A DNA stretch of 64,000 nucleotides from an uncultured Gammaproteobacteria bacterium (GTDB lineage Bacteria; Pseudomonadota; Gammaproteobacteria; JABCZS01). Each line of letters opens with the position of its first letter. Positions within the stretch are counted from its first letter, which is position 1. Positions 1-9,627 of this stretch are shown here, piece after piece. Position numbers and translations under genes: made by a program. The notes under the pieces were generated by a model. That model made no database searches. It saw nothing but the letters and a program-made list of their open reading frames with translations, and had not been told where the DNA came from. The DNA lies in contig CAWKDC010000001.1 in NCBI GenBank assembly GCA_963848305.1, forward strand, positions 608,001 to 672,000, given 5' to 3'.

Positions 1-375
1 CCCTGCGAACATCGGCAGCAATGTCATGAAACCCAACGTTGTCATAACGGCTGGAGACAGTACAGTGATGGCATGTTGGCGTATACACCACATCAACCAT
101 CCTGTGATGGCAACCCACAGGATGCATCCGAAAATGAGCAATGGAAAATGCGTTGAGGGAAATAAAAACATCAAGCATGATAATAGCGTGAATAATATCC
201 AACACGCCATTTTTTGCCAAGGTTTAGGCAACCGTGCCAAGCGCGTCCATTCCATGAAGCAACCCAAACACAAGCAGAAAAAAACCAGAGAAACAGCAAG
301 TGACGGCAAAACAAAAATCACCGCAAAAACACTGATGATGTAAAGTATGCCTGTGATCACCCTTTGCTTAAGCAT
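1..375 (-). CDS. cdsA: Phosphatidate cytidylyltransferase, 5' part (runs off the window)
   Basis: Minus-strand ATG at 375 gives MLKQRVITG followed by hydrophobic helices; overlaps the uppS stop; canonical uppS-cdsA order. Confidence 0.85.
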   Translation of the reverse strand, partial: MLKQRVITGILYIISVFAVIFVLPSLAVSLVFFCLCLGCFMEWTRLARLPKPWQKMACWILFTLLSCLMFLFPSTHFPLLIFGCILWVAITGWLMWCIRQHAITVLSPAVMTTLGFMTLLPMFAG

Positions 376-1105
376 GGTTCTTTTCCTCTGATACATTTGT
401 TTTTTGATGAACGGCCCCAAATCGCCGATCACGCACGGCATAAGCATCAAGCGCTTCCTGTAACACAGAAGGACTGAAATCAGGCCAAGCGACAGGGGTG
501 AAAAACAATTCAGTATAAGCCAATTGAAATAGCATGAAATTGCTGATCCTTTGCTCACCCGATGTGCGAATAAACAGATCAGGATCGGGTAAACCTGCCA
601 ATGATAAATGACTGGCCAGCAAAGATTCAGTGACCACGGAAGGATTGCTTGCCAACATTTTGCCGCACGCTTGAACCATGTCCCAACGGCCACTGTAGTT
701 CATTGCTAAATTCAAAATTAAGGTGTTATTTTGAGCAGAATGATTCTCTGCATCTTTCATCAATGATTGCATCTTCGGTGAAAACGCTGATCTGTCCCCA
801 ATAAATCGCAGCGCAACACCCTTTGCAATCAAACTGTCCAGATGGGCTTCTAGCGTGGATAAAAACAAATCCATCAGGAAATTCACTTCCTGTTGGGGGC
901 GTTGCCAATTTTCCCGACTGAATGCAAACAGGGTGAGGACTGGAATGCGCTTTGAAATACAGGCTTGTACAGTGCTTTTTACAGCCTCAACACCGCGTTT
1001 ATGCCCTGCGATGCGTGGCAAGCCCTGAGCCTCAGCCCATCTGCCATTGCCATCCATGACAATGGCCACATGCATTGGGAGATGAGAGCCTTGGCACTCG
1101 TCCAT
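368..1105 (-). CDS. uppS: Undecaprenyl diphosphate synthase
   Basis: HVAIVMDGNGRWA, FSRENWQRP, DLFIRTSGEQRISNF motifs. Confidence 0.97.
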   Translation of the reverse strand: MDECQGSHLPMHVAIVMDGNGRWAEAQGLPRIAGHKRGVEAVKSTVQACISKRIPVLTLFAFSRENWQRPQQEVNFLMDLFLSTLEAHLDSLIAKGVALRFIGDRSAFSPKMQSLMKDAENHSAQNNTLILNLAMNYSGRWDMVQACGKMLASNPSVVTESLLASHLSLAGLPDPDLFIRTSGEQRISNFMLFQLAYTELFFTPVAWPDFSPSVLQEALDAYAVRDRRFGAVHQKTNVSEEKNHA

Positions 1106-1107
1106 GG

Positions 1108-1665
1108 TTACACTTCCATTAAATCTTGTTCTTTCTTCTGGAACAAAGCATCAATGTCAGCGACTTTTTTGTCAGTCAATTTTTGTATACGATCTTCAGC
1201 ACGTTTGACATCGTCTTCCGTGATACTTTTCGCTTTCAACAAATCTTTGATCTTCGTATTCGCATCGCGGCGAACGGTACGAATCGCCACTTTAGCCTGT
1301 TCACTTTCATGGCTGACCGCTTTCACCATTTCTTTGCGACGTGCTTCATTAGGAGCTGGCATGGAGATACGGATGGTGTTGCCGGCTGTGGAGGGATTTA
1401 AACCCAAATCAGCTGCAATGATTGCTTTTTCAACCAATGGGATTTGTGATTTTTCCCAAGGCACGACAGCAAGTGTGCGAGGATCTTCTACATTGATGTT
1501 CGCCACCTGGGTGAGGGGCACGGGATTACCGTAATACATCACGCGCACAGAGTCTAACGCGCTGGGATGCGCTCTGCCACTGCGTATTTTATTGAATTCA
1601 ATTTTCAATGATTCAATACACTTGTCCATGCCGATAGTGGCTTCAGAGATAATCGGTTCGATCAT
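1108..1665 (-). CDS. frr: Ribosome recycling factor
   Basis: IRSGRAHPS, YYGNPVPLTQVANI, IRTVRRDAN motifs; synteny. Confidence 0.97.
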   Translation of the reverse strand: MIEPIISEATIGMDKCIESLKIEFNKIRSGRAHPSALDSVRVMYYGNPVPLTQVANINVEDPRTLAVVPWEKSQIPLVEKAIIAADLGLNPSTAGNTIRISMPAPNEARRKEMVKAVSHESEQAKVAIRTVRRDANTKIKDLLKAKSITEDDVKRAEDRIQKLTDKKVADIDALFQKKEQDLMEV

Positions 1666-1738
1666 AGTGGATGCTCCGCAACTAAATAGATAAATCCCCC
1701 ATCATGAGCGCACATATGCGCTCCTACAAGGCAATAAT

Positions 1739-2466
1739 TTAAGAAACCAGTGTGCCTTCGTCTTCGCCACACAGGATTCGGTACAATGCTTTCTGTTTAT
1801 GGATATTGAACACGCGGATAGGCATACCATAATCGCGGCATTGACAAAATGCAGCCAAGTCCATCACACCGAGTTCTTTGTCCAAGGCTTCATCATAGCT
1901 CAAACGATGGTACAAGGTGGCATCAGGACCAAATGTGGATCTGCGGAATAAATGCCATCCACATGCGTCCCTTTCAAGATCACATCGGCGTTGATTTCAA
2001 TGCCGCGCAAGCTCGCTGCGGAATCTGTGGTCACCAAGGGATTGCCCGTACCCGCTGCAAAAAACACCACACGACCGGCATTCAAATGATGAATCGCCTT
2101 TCGACGATCAAAATGATCAACCAATCCGCTCATGGGAATGGCTGACATCACGCGGGTTTGCACACCGACCTGCTCAAGCGCATCGCGCATCGCGAGTGCA
2201 TTCATGACAGTTGCGAGCATGCCCATATGATCCGCTGTGACACGATCAATGCCGACTTGTGACAAAGTTTTACCACGAACAAGGTTGCCGCCGCCTAACA
2301 CCAACCCAACCTGCACGCCCATGGCCGTGATCTCTTGTATCTCAGCGGCCAAACGGGTCAATACATCTGGAGATATACCCACTTGATTGCTATCGCCCAT
2401 CAGGGCTTCGCCGCTCAGCTTAATCAGCACGCGGCGATACACAGGTTGTGAGGGTGTTTTGCTCAT
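1739..2466 (-). CDS. pyrH: UMP kinase with an apparent 1-nt deletion near 1925-1930 (probably a sequencing error)
   Basis: [32 protein letters not shown] in ORF 1900-2466. The C-terminus ([23 protein letters not shown]...GEDEGTLVS*) continues in another frame to TAA at 1739. Span 728 nt = 3n-1. Confidence 0.93.
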
Positions 2467-3362
2467 TATTTAGCGTTTCCTTGCACTTGTTGCATGACCT
2501 CTTCCGCGAAATTAGACACTTGCTTTTCGATGCCTTCACCGACAGCAAATCGGACGAAAGATACGACAGTCGCGCCCGCTTGTTTCAAGATTTGACCCGC
2601 AGTTTGGTTAGGATCTTTCAAGAAAGGTTGGCCAAGCAAGCTGACCTCGTCACAGAATTTCTTCAAGCGACCGGCGATCATTTTCTCAACCACATCAGCG
2701 GGTTTACCGCTCTCTTGGGCTTGCGCCATGTAGATCGCCTTTTCACGTTCCACCAATTCTGGGGACACATCGTCAGGTGAAATCACGGCAGGATTATTGG
2801 CAGCAATTTGCATGGCCATGTCTTTGGCGAGACCAGCGCTTCCGCCTTGCAACACCACCAACACACCAATACGACCTTGATGAACATACGCCCCTAAATG
2901 AGCACCTGCAGGCACTGACACATGCGCCAAACGACGCAAATTGAGGTTTTCGCCTAATTTTGCGACAAGCAATGTCCGCGTGACTTCCACAGAATGTGTA
3001 TCATCAAATGATTGTATCGACAAAGCAGCGCAATCAGCGGCATGTGATTTCAAAGCAATGTTCACAGCACCATTGGCAAAGGTAACAAAGTTGGCATCTC
3101 TTGCGACGAAATCTGTTTCGCAATTGGTTTCCAACATCGTCGCGGCTGATTGATCAGCTGCCATTGCAATCGTGATAAGCCCTTCTGCGGTGACGCGGCC
3201 AGATTTCTTGTCTGCTTTCGCTTGACCTGATTTACGCATCAAGTCCGCGGCGGCTTCAAGATCCCCTTCGCAGGTGACCAAAGCACGCTTACAGTCCATC
3301 ATGCCAGCGCCTGTACGCTCACGCAATTCTTGGACCATTTTAGAGGTGACTTCAATTGACAT
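2466..3362 (-). CDS. tsf: Elongation factor Ts
   Basis: [36 protein letters not shown]; start taken at MSIEV. Confidence 0.97.
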   Translation of the reverse strand: MSIEVTSKMVQELRERTGAGMMDCKRALVTCEGDLEAAADLMRKSGQAKADKKSGRVTAEGLITIAMAADQSAATMLETNCETDFVARDANFVTFANGAVNIALKSHAADCAALSIQSFDDTHSVEVTRTLLVAKLGENLNLRRLAHVSVPAGAHLGAYVHQGRIGVLVVLQGGSAGLAKDMAMQIAANNPAVISPDDVSPELVEREKAIYMAQAQESGKPADVVEKMIAGRLKKFCDEVSLLGQPFLKDPNQTAGQILKQAGATVVSFVRFAVGEGIEKQVSNFAEEVMQQVQGNAK

Positions 3363-4224
3363 GGGAATCTCCTGCATCAGCAGCGGGGGCAGCATCAGCT
3401 GATTCGTCTGCGCCTTTCTTCGCCTTGGTGGCTACTTTCACTTGCGATTTATCTTTAGGTTTCGCTTTCTTTTCTTTGCCTTTGGATGATTTTTGCTCAC
3501 CCTCTACTTCGACAAACTCATCTGCGCCTACGGGTAAGCGTGCTTCTTCACGGGCCTGGATGATTGTGTCTGCGAATGTGTTCACGTACAGGCTGATTGC
3601 GCGGATCGCGTCGTCATTGCCAGGAATCACATAATCAACGCCATCGGGACTATTATTCGTATCCACGATACCAATCACTGGAATCTTCAGTTTGTTGGAT
3701 TCGGTGATGGCGGTTTTTTCATAACCCACGTCAATCACGAAAATCACATCAGGCAAGCTGCCCATGTGCTTGATACCGCCCAAGGCGCGTTCTAGTTTGG
3801 CGAGTTCGCGATCGAGATCCAAGCGTTCTTTCTTGGTCAACAATGCCATTGCTTTTTCATCAGCCACGCGTGCTTCTAAATCTTTCAAGCGGCGAATGGA
3901 TTGACGCAAGGTTTTGTAATTGGTGAGCATGCCGCCGAGCCAACGATGATCAACATAAGGCATACCGCAACGATTCGCGGCATCACGCACTAATTCTTGT
4001 GCAGAACGCTTCGTGCCAACGAACAACACTTTGCCGCCCTTAGAGGCTACATTGCGCACGAAATCAACAGCGTTTTGAAACAGGGGAAGTGTTTTTTCCA
4101 AATCCACAATGTGGATTCTGGAGCGTGCACCGAAAATATACTCCCGCATTTTGGGGTTCCAAAAACGGGTTTGGTGACCAAAATGGACACCGGCTTGTAA
4201 CATATCTCTCATTGTAACTGACAT
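3352..4224 (-). CDS. rpsB: 30S ribosomal protein S2
   Basis: [38 protein letters not shown]; long Lys/Ala-rich tail. Confidence 0.97.
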   Translation of the reverse strand: MSVTMRDMLQAGVHFGHQTRFWNPKMREYIFGARSRIHIVDLEKTLPLFQNAVDFVRNVASKGGKVLFVGTKRSAQELVRDAANRCGMPYVDHRWLGGMLTNYKTLRQSIRRLKDLEARVADEKAMALLTKKERLDLDRELAKLERALGGIKHMGSLPDVIFVIDVGYEKTAITESNKLKIPVIGIVDTNNSPDGVDYVIPGNDDAIRAISLYVNTFADTIIQAREEARLPVGADEFVEVEGEQKSSKGKEKKAKPKDKSQVKVATKAKKGADESADAAPAADAGDSHVN

Positions 4225-4238
4225 ACTTTTCCTCTCTA

Positions 4239-4313
4239 GGGTTGAGCCTCCACAGATCCCCATGTTTAACCCCTACGGGGCACCCTAAACACGGTGACGA
4301 ATCTGTGTGTGGA
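4239..4313 (-). ncRNA. rpsB 5' leader (t44/S2 autoregulatory RNA)
   Basis: Minus strand CACACAC...GGGTGCCCC...GGGGT...ATGGGGATCTGTGGAGGCTCAACCC matches the conserved gammaproteobacterial rpsB leader pattern; extended -10 (TGGTATAAG) near 4333-4341. Confidence 0.8.
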
Positions 4314-4381
4314 TTGCGTAAAACGCAGGAATCTTATACCATATTTCCCACGCCACCACAACGAGCAAGGTTCATTATTTT

Positions 4382-5176
4382 ATGTCAATCTCCATCAAAT
4401 CCCCTGAGGAAATCACCAAAATGCGGGTTGCAGGCCGCCTAACCGCACAAGTTCTTGATATGATTACACCTTTTGTAGTACCCGGTGTCACAACTGAAGC
4501 GCTCGATAAACTTTGTCACGACTATATTGTGGATGAATTAAAGGGCATCCCTGCCCCATTGAACTATCGTGGCTTCCCCAAGTCCATTTGTACCTCTATC
4601 AATCAACAGGTTTGCCATGGCATTCCCAGTGATCGCATCCTTAAAGAGGGCGACATCGTCAATATTGATGTGAGCGTGATCAAGGACGCTTATCATGGAG
4701 ACAGCAGCAAAATGTTTGCCGTGGGCGAATGCAAGCAACCTGCCTTACGATTAATCCGGGTGACACAGGAATGCCTGTACCGGGGGATTGAGCTGGTTCG
4801 CCCTGGGCTGGATTTGAATGAAATCGGCAAAGTCATTGGCGATTATGCCCGCAGCCAAGGATGCAGCGTGGTACATGAATATTGTGGACATGGTGTAGGA
4901 TTGAAATTTCATGAGGAACCTCAAGTATTGCATTACTTCGATCCCAAAGCTCCGAAAATCATGTTGCAACCTGGAATGACTTTCACTATTGAACCGATGA
5001 TCAATGCTGGCGCCCGCCATATCCGTCACTTGAGTGATCACTGGACTGTTGTCACGAAAGATCGCAGCCTATCCGCGCAATGGGAACATACCTTATTGGT
5101 CACAGATACCGGTGTGGAAGTATTAACGTTGCGAGACGAGGAAGTTGAGTTAAGGAAGCGCATTAATCTACTTTGA
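4382..5176 (+). CDS. map: Methionine aminopeptidase type I
   Basis: SINQQVCHGIP, NIDVSV, HGDSS, CGHGVG, FTIEPMIN, AQWEHT. Confidence 0.97.
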   Translation: MSISIKSPEEITKMRVAGRLTAQVLDMITPFVVPGVTTEALDKLCHDYIVDELKGIPAPLNYRGFPKSICTSINQQVCHGIPSDRILKEGDIVNIDVSVIKDAYHGDSSKMFAVGECKQPALRLIRVTQECLYRGIELVRPGLDLNEIGKVIGDYARSQGCSVVHEYCGHGVGLKFHEEPQVLHYFDPKAPKIMLQPGMTFTIEPMINAGARHIRHLSDHWTVVTKDRSLSAQWEHTLLVTDTGVEVLTLRDEEVELRKRINLL

Positions 5177-5245
5177 AATCCATTTCGTAAGGGCGAATCT
5201 TTTCGCCCAATAATGCGCGCATAGCGCGCCACATCACGGTATTAG

Positions 5246-5384
5246 GCAAAAAAAAGCACCTCGGCGAACCGAGGTGCAAATTCCATGTAGCTGGAGATTG
5301 ACAAGGGTTATAATACCAGAATCGAAAAAATAAAATAGCCCCCAATTTGCTGAAAATCATATCCGCTAATCTCGCACACGTTTG
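5246..5384 (-). repeat. Copy 1 of a ~139-bp inverted repeat; contains an intrinsic terminator and a candidate sRNA gene
   Basis: Reverse complement of 5959-6098; hairpin GCACCTCGG-TTCG-CCGAGGTGC plus T8 on the minus strand. Confidence 0.9.
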
Positions 5385-5405
5385 ATCAGAAAATATCCAA
5401 ATAGT

Positions 5406-5864
5406 TTATTTTGGCTTCATCATATGATAGCCTGTGTATGCCGACAAACCTGCCACACTTCCGATGCCCAGCCCATAAATACTGCTAAAACCAAGATATT
5501 CTTCGGTACTTTGTGGATCACCCTGTATGCCTGCGTAAAGAATCACTGCTGCGAAACACAAAACAACGATAGAGAATCCCAGAGATGCTTCCTTAATGGC
5601 GCTCTCATCACCAGCATCCGCAGAGGAACCATCTCGGTTTTCCTTGTCAACGTTCCACATGGTAAACCCAAATAAGAATAACAAAGAAGATGAAACAATG
5701 AGTAGGCTTTGCATGACGACATCATTGAAAAGGTAATCTTCATATGTAATTTTATTTTTTGTGATGGCGATAAATGTCGATGCCATTGCGCCGCCCAGGA
5801 TGGTATTAATCTTGTATGGCGATCTGGCTGCTCTGTCAAATAACATTCTTCTTTCCAGATTCAT
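5406..5864 (-). CDS. Hypothetical membrane protein (~4 TM)
   Basis: 152-aa ORF with GAGGA RBS, hydrophobic segments and its own sigma70 promoter. Confidence 0.7.
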   Translation of the reverse strand: MNLERRMLFDRAARSPYKINTILGGAMASTFIAITKNKITYEDYLFNDVVMQSLLIVSSSLLFLFGFTMWNVDKENRDGSSADAGDESAIKEASLGFSIVVLCFAAVILYAGIQGDPQSTEEYLGFSSIYGLGIGSVAGLSAYTGYHMMKPK

Positions 5865-5891
5865 ATGACATCCTCAGATTTTTGAAGCCGC

Positions 5892-5920
5892 ATTTTACAG
5901 GGATGGTAGATCTGTGTCAA
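5892..5920 (-). promoter_or_regulatory. Sigma70 promoter of the 5406-5864 gene
   Basis: TTGACA-17 nt-TAAAAT on the minus strand. Confidence 0.7.
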
Positions 5921-5958
5921 CGATTCTACAATATATAGGCAACTGATTATTATTTAAA

Positions 5959-6098
5959 CAAACGTGTGCGAGATTAGCGGATATGATTTTCAGCAAATTG
6001 GGGGCTTTTTTATTTTCTGGAGTCTGATATTATCAATCTTGTCAATCTCCAGCTACATGGAATTTGCACCTCGGTTCGCCGAGGTGCTTTTTTTTTGC
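5959..6098 (+). repeat. Copy 2 of the inverted repeat; candidate sRNA gene with terminator
   Basis: Two identical blocks relative to copy 1, separated by a diverged ~30-nt segment containing TGnTATTAT; hairpin plus T9 at 6066-6096. Confidence 0.9.
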
Positions 6099-6101
6099 GC
6101 C

Positions 6102-6446
6102 CTACGAATCAGACACCGAAAAGGAGGAACCGCAGCCGCAAGTGGTTTGGGCATTCGGATTTCGGATAATGAATTGTGCTCCTTCGATGCCTTCACTGTA
6201 ATCAATGTCTGCGCCCGCCAAATATTGATAACTCAGCGCATCGACCAACAGGGTGACGCCCTGATTGGTGACCGCCCAATCATCATCTTTAGCGACCTCA
6301 TCAAACGTGAAGCCGTACTGAAAGCCCGAGCAACCGCCGCCGGTAATATACACGCGCAACTTGAGCTCAGGATTACCCTCTTCGTCAATCAATTGTTTGA
6401 CCTTGAGGGCAGCAGCATCAGTGAAATGTAAGGAAATGGTGGACAT
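6102..6446 (-). CDS. erpA: Iron-sulfur cluster insertion protein ErpA
   Basis: [20 protein letters not shown] and [15 protein letters not shown]. Confidence 0.95.
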   Translation of the reverse strand: MSTISLHFTDAAALKVKQLIDEEGNPELKLRVYITGGGCSGFQYGFTFDEVAKDDDWAVTNQGVTLLVDALSYQYLAGADIDYSEGIEGAQFIIRNPNAQTTCGCGSSFSVSDS

Positions 6447-6509
6447 GCGGCATTCTACCATAAGACCATGGTATGATTCAACCTCCATCACACCACCCAG
6501 GGGGTTACC

Positions 6510-6932
6510 ATGCTATGGCTCAAGGCTTTTCACATCATTTCCTTTGTCTGCTGGTTCGCAGGGTTGTTTTACTTGCCCAGGCTCTTTGTCTACCACACCA
6601 TGACGGACGATATCCCTGGCCAGGAACGCTTTAAAATCATGGAGCGCAAACTATATTCCTATATTACGACGCCAGCCATGCTGCTCACCATCGGGTTTGG
6701 GTTGGCCATGTATCTGCAAAGTCCCCTCTTCTACAAAACCCAAGGCTGGATGCATGCAAAACTCTTGCTGGTGATCCTCCTGATTGGCTTTCACCATGTT
6801 TGCGGTAAATATGTGAGAAAGTTTGAACAAAATGCGAATACCCATTCCAACAAGTTTTATCGCTGGTTTAACGAAATACCTGTCTTTTTCTTGTTCGGTA
6901 TTGTGATTCTGGCTGTTGTAAAACCGTTTTAA
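6510..6932 (+). CDS. hemJ: Protoporphyrinogen IX oxidase HemJ
   Basis: [48 protein letters not shown]. Confidence 0.93.
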   Translation: MLWLKAFHIISFVCWFAGLFYLPRLFVYHTMTDDIPGQERFKIMERKLYSYITTPAMLLTIGFGLAMYLQSPLFYKTQGWMHAKLLLVILLIGFHHVCGKYVRKFEQNANTHSNKFYRWFNEIPVFFLFGIVILAVVKPF

Positions 6933-7004
6933 AAAAAGCCGGGCGAATAAATCTACCCGGCTAAACGTCTTATGTTACCCTGCAGTGTTGAGAGGCTGCA
7001 GAGC
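6931..7004 (-). ncRNA. Candidate ~75-nt sRNA
   Basis: Minus-strand TTGACT-17-TAAAAT (7039-7011), then hairpin CTCTGCAG-CCTCTCAACA-CTGCAGGG, then terminator AGCCGGG...CCCGGCT plus T-tract; no ORF. Confidence 0.55.
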
Positions 7005-7189
7005 AAGTGGATTTTATATAGAGTATAAATTTTAGTCAATACCTTTTCGATATTTTTATCAATCATTTGACAATTATTTGCAAATGTATACATTTTTAAA
7101 TCAATTGGTTAACTCATTTTTGCTTTTTACCCTTTTCCTCAACTTTTAATGTGCGTCAATTTGTGTACAATTTGAATTTGGAGGAAAGC

Positions 7190-7474
7190 ATGCCGAATAA
7201 ATTAATACACAATGAACGCTTCGGCGCAAGACTGACTGGCTCAGAAAAGGCCATGCTTCAACAAGCAGCAGATCTGGAAGGCCGTAGCCCAACAGACTTC
7301 GTGATGAGCTCAGCACATGAAAAGGCTATCAAAATAATCATGGAACATGAACAAATTAACCTCTCACAAAAGAATCGTGATATATTTATTGATGCATTAC
7401 TGAACCCAAGAGAGCCCTCGGAATCGCTCAAAAAGGCATTAAAACAATATTTAAGAGATGTTATGTCTGAATGA
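7190..7474 (+). CDS. DUF1778/TacA-family antitoxin
   Basis: ERFGARLT..EKAMLQQAADLEGRSPTDFVMSSA...FIDALLNP; GGAGG RBS; coupled to a GNAT ORF. Confidence 0.85.
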   Translation: MPNKLIHNERFGARLTGSEKAMLQQAADLEGRSPTDFVMSSAHEKAIKIIMEHEQINLSQKNRDIFIDALLNPREPSESLKKALKQYLRDVMSE

Positions 7475-7782
7475 AAAAAATTTCCATTTTAAATAAAAAC
7501 CATCATAAACAGTCATTTTCATGCGGGCAGGCAGCATTTGATGGCTATCTAAAAAAGCAAGCACTCCAAAATATCACACGCCGCATTGCTGTCACCTTTG
7601 TATTAACACAAGATGATGACTTGACTGTACTGGGATATTATTCACTAGCCTCAACCAGCATCTATGCGGGCAAGTTGCCTGAAGCATTGACAAAAAAACC
7701 ACCACGATACCCCATGCTCCCAGCCATCCTTTTAAGAAGGCTCGCAGTAGATCTGAACTATGAAAGAAAAGGGTTCTCATGA
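7471..7782 (+). pseudogene. Truncated GNAT acetyltransferase toxin (TacT/AtaT-like)
   Basis: FSCGQAAFDGYLK, VLGYYSLAS, PRYPMLPAILLRRLAVD; stops at the acetyl-CoA binding loop (ERKGFS*), so the C-terminal part is missing. Confidence 0.75.
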
Positions 7783-8981
7783 TCCGAATTGTTTCCATCG
7801 CATTACTGATTGTTGCGGCCGTCGCGGGTTATTGGCATATCCAGCAACAACCTATCTGGGCAGCGTTCGATGCGCCTGTAGGTATTACGCAAAGGAATAT
7901 GCCTATCAAGGCTTTCACCGCATCTTCCTTTTTGCCAACCACACATGAACCTGAAGTGCATGCGGCTTCATTGATTTTGCTGAAAGATGGCAACATCCGC
8001 GCGTTTTGGTTTGCAGGCAGCCGTGAAGGTGCTGAGGATGTAGTGATCCGCTCGTCTGTGTTTAACACGCAAACTCGCGCATGGTCAGAACCTACAGTTG
8101 TCACAGATCGTCTCTCTATTGAAAAAGGATTGTGGCGTTATGTTGCCAAAGTTGGCAACCCCGTGCCTATTCGCGCTCACGATGGAGCCCTTCATTTATT
8201 ATTGGTGACTGCTTCGATTGGCGGTTGGGCCACAAGTTCTATATCCAGTTTAACGTCTACCGATGAAGGGCTCACGTGGCATCATCCTCAACGGCTCATT
8301 ACTTCACCCTTTGCTAATTTGAGCACATTGGTCAAATCTCCCGCGCTATTGTTCCAAGATGGACGCCTGGGATTACCTGTTTATCATGAATTTCTCGGAA
8401 AATTCGGTGAATTATTGCGATTAGCATCATCTGAGTCAGGGTTAACAGTATTAAACAAAAGGCGCATCAGCGATGATTTTCATACATTACAGCCGATTAT
8501 TTTTATCGACACGCCGCTTGAAGCGATCGCCTACTTTCGACAAGCGAGGGATGTTGGCAAACCGCAACGCATTCCCACCAGCATGACACATCAAGCTGGC
8601 TATCGCTGGGACATGAGCAATGATTTAACGCTGCCAAATCCCAATTCGGCATTAGCAGGCATCACGCTGCTGAATGGGGATCGCTTGTTGGTGTGGAATG
8701 ATTTGGAAGATAAACGATGCCGTTTGGTCATGGCCATTTCCGAAGCAAAATACTTAGAGGGGCATTTATCTTATACAGATTGGACAATCATTCATACTTT
8801 CGAGGATGAAAGCGCCCTCCCCACTGATCAACATAGTAAATTCGCTTATCCATATTTAATCACTGATCAGGCGAATCATATTCATGTGGTCTATACATGG
8901 AGGCAGGAAAAAATCAAACACGTCGAATTTTCATCTGCCTACATTGAGCGCTTGAAGGAGGAACATCATGTCTCTGATTAA
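7779..8981 (+). CDS. BNR/Asp-box repeat sialidase-like exported protein
   Basis: N-terminal signal/anchor, WFAGSREGAEDV, Asp-box STDEGLTW, PNPNSAL, FAYPYL. Confidence 0.8.
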   Translation: MIRIVSIALLIVAAVAGYWHIQQQPIWAAFDAPVGITQRNMPIKAFTASSFLPTTHEPEVHAASLILLKDGNIRAFWFAGSREGAEDVVIRSSVFNTQTRAWSEPTVVTDRLSIEKGLWRYVAKVGNPVPIRAHDGALHLLLVTASIGGWATSSISSLTSTDEGLTWHHPQRLITSPFANLSTLVKSPALLFQDGRLGLPVYHEFLGKFGELLRLASSESGLTVLNKRRISDDFHTLQPIIFIDTPLEAIAYFRQARDVGKPQRIPTSMTHQAGYRWDMSNDLTLPNPNSALAGITLLNGDRLLVWNDLEDKRCRLVMAISEAKYLEGHLSYTDWTIIHTFEDESALPTDQHSKFAYPYLITDQANHIHVVYTWRQEKIKHVEFSSAYIERLKEEHHVSD

Positions 8982-9570
8982 TGTTCAACAAAGTTTGGCT
9001 TTATTTGAAATGGCTTTAGTGTGCACAACCCTATTGATGTTGCTGGCAAGGTATACATTCAGGCCAGCGTTACCCACACAATATACTACGTCTGGCGTAT
9101 TGATGGTTCTGATGCTATTTCCCTTAGGCATGCTCGGACTCCCACTGGCATTGCCTTTAGCCGGCTATGTGAGGGGATTTACAGGTGATTTTAGTATAGT
9201 CACCGTTTTGTTATTGTTATCCACCGTTTGGTTGCCCACAAACCAGCGTATACCCATTTGGTTTCGAGGGGGAGTCGTCTTGATCGGGACTGTGTTTTAT
9301 ATAGGTGCATTAGGATATGGCATGAATGATCCTTACGCATGGGGATATGGATCGCTACCGTTTTTGCTGACAATTGTAGGCGTGGGATTGTGTTGTTGGT
9401 TCGCAGGATGGTATCGCGGCGTGATCATATTATCGTTGGCAGTATTAGCCTGGTGTGTGGGGCTGCATGAGTCTGGGAATATGTGGGATTATGTGGTGGA
9501 TCCATATTTATGGGTGGGAATGATTGTATCATGCTACCGCCCCAGAAATGGATCCCGCATAAAACGCTAA
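8968..9570 (+). CDS. Hypothetical membrane protein coupled to the BNR gene
   Basis: Multi-TM ORF with YVRGFTGDFS, DPYAWGY, ESGNMWDYVVDP. Confidence 0.75.
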   Translation: MSLINVQQSLALFEMALVCTTLLMLLARYTFRPALPTQYTTSGVLMVLMLFPLGMLGLPLALPLAGYVRGFTGDFSIVTVLLLLSTVWLPTNQRIPIWFRGGVVLIGTVFYIGALGYGMNDPYAWGYGSLPFLLTIVGVGLCCWFAGWYRGVIILSLAVLAWCVGLHESGNMWDYVVDPYLWVGMIVSCYRPRNGSRIKR

Positions 9571-9590
9571 AGCGTTTTATGCGGGATGAC
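9550..9590. repeat. Palindromic element (GGATCCCGC...GCGGGATGAC type)
   Basis: atcccgcataaaacgct-aa-agcgttttatgcgggat perfect stem overlapping the stop codon of 8968-9570. Confidence 0.75.
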
Positions 9591-9627
9591 AAAACCCAGT
9601 GGGCGGAAGTACCCGCCCATCCACGTA

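Noticed and set aside
26-343. Plus-strand 105-aa ORF and similar antisense ORFs over core genes
   Set aside because: Shadows of well-supported opposite-strand genes (here cdsA)
1900-1935. Programmed frameshift in pyrH
   Set aside because: No slippery heptamer or stimulatory structure; similar indels elsewhere point to sequencing error
5246-6098. Transposon defined by the inverted repeats
   Set aside because: No transposase and no clear target-site duplication; the repeats look like promoter-plus-terminator units
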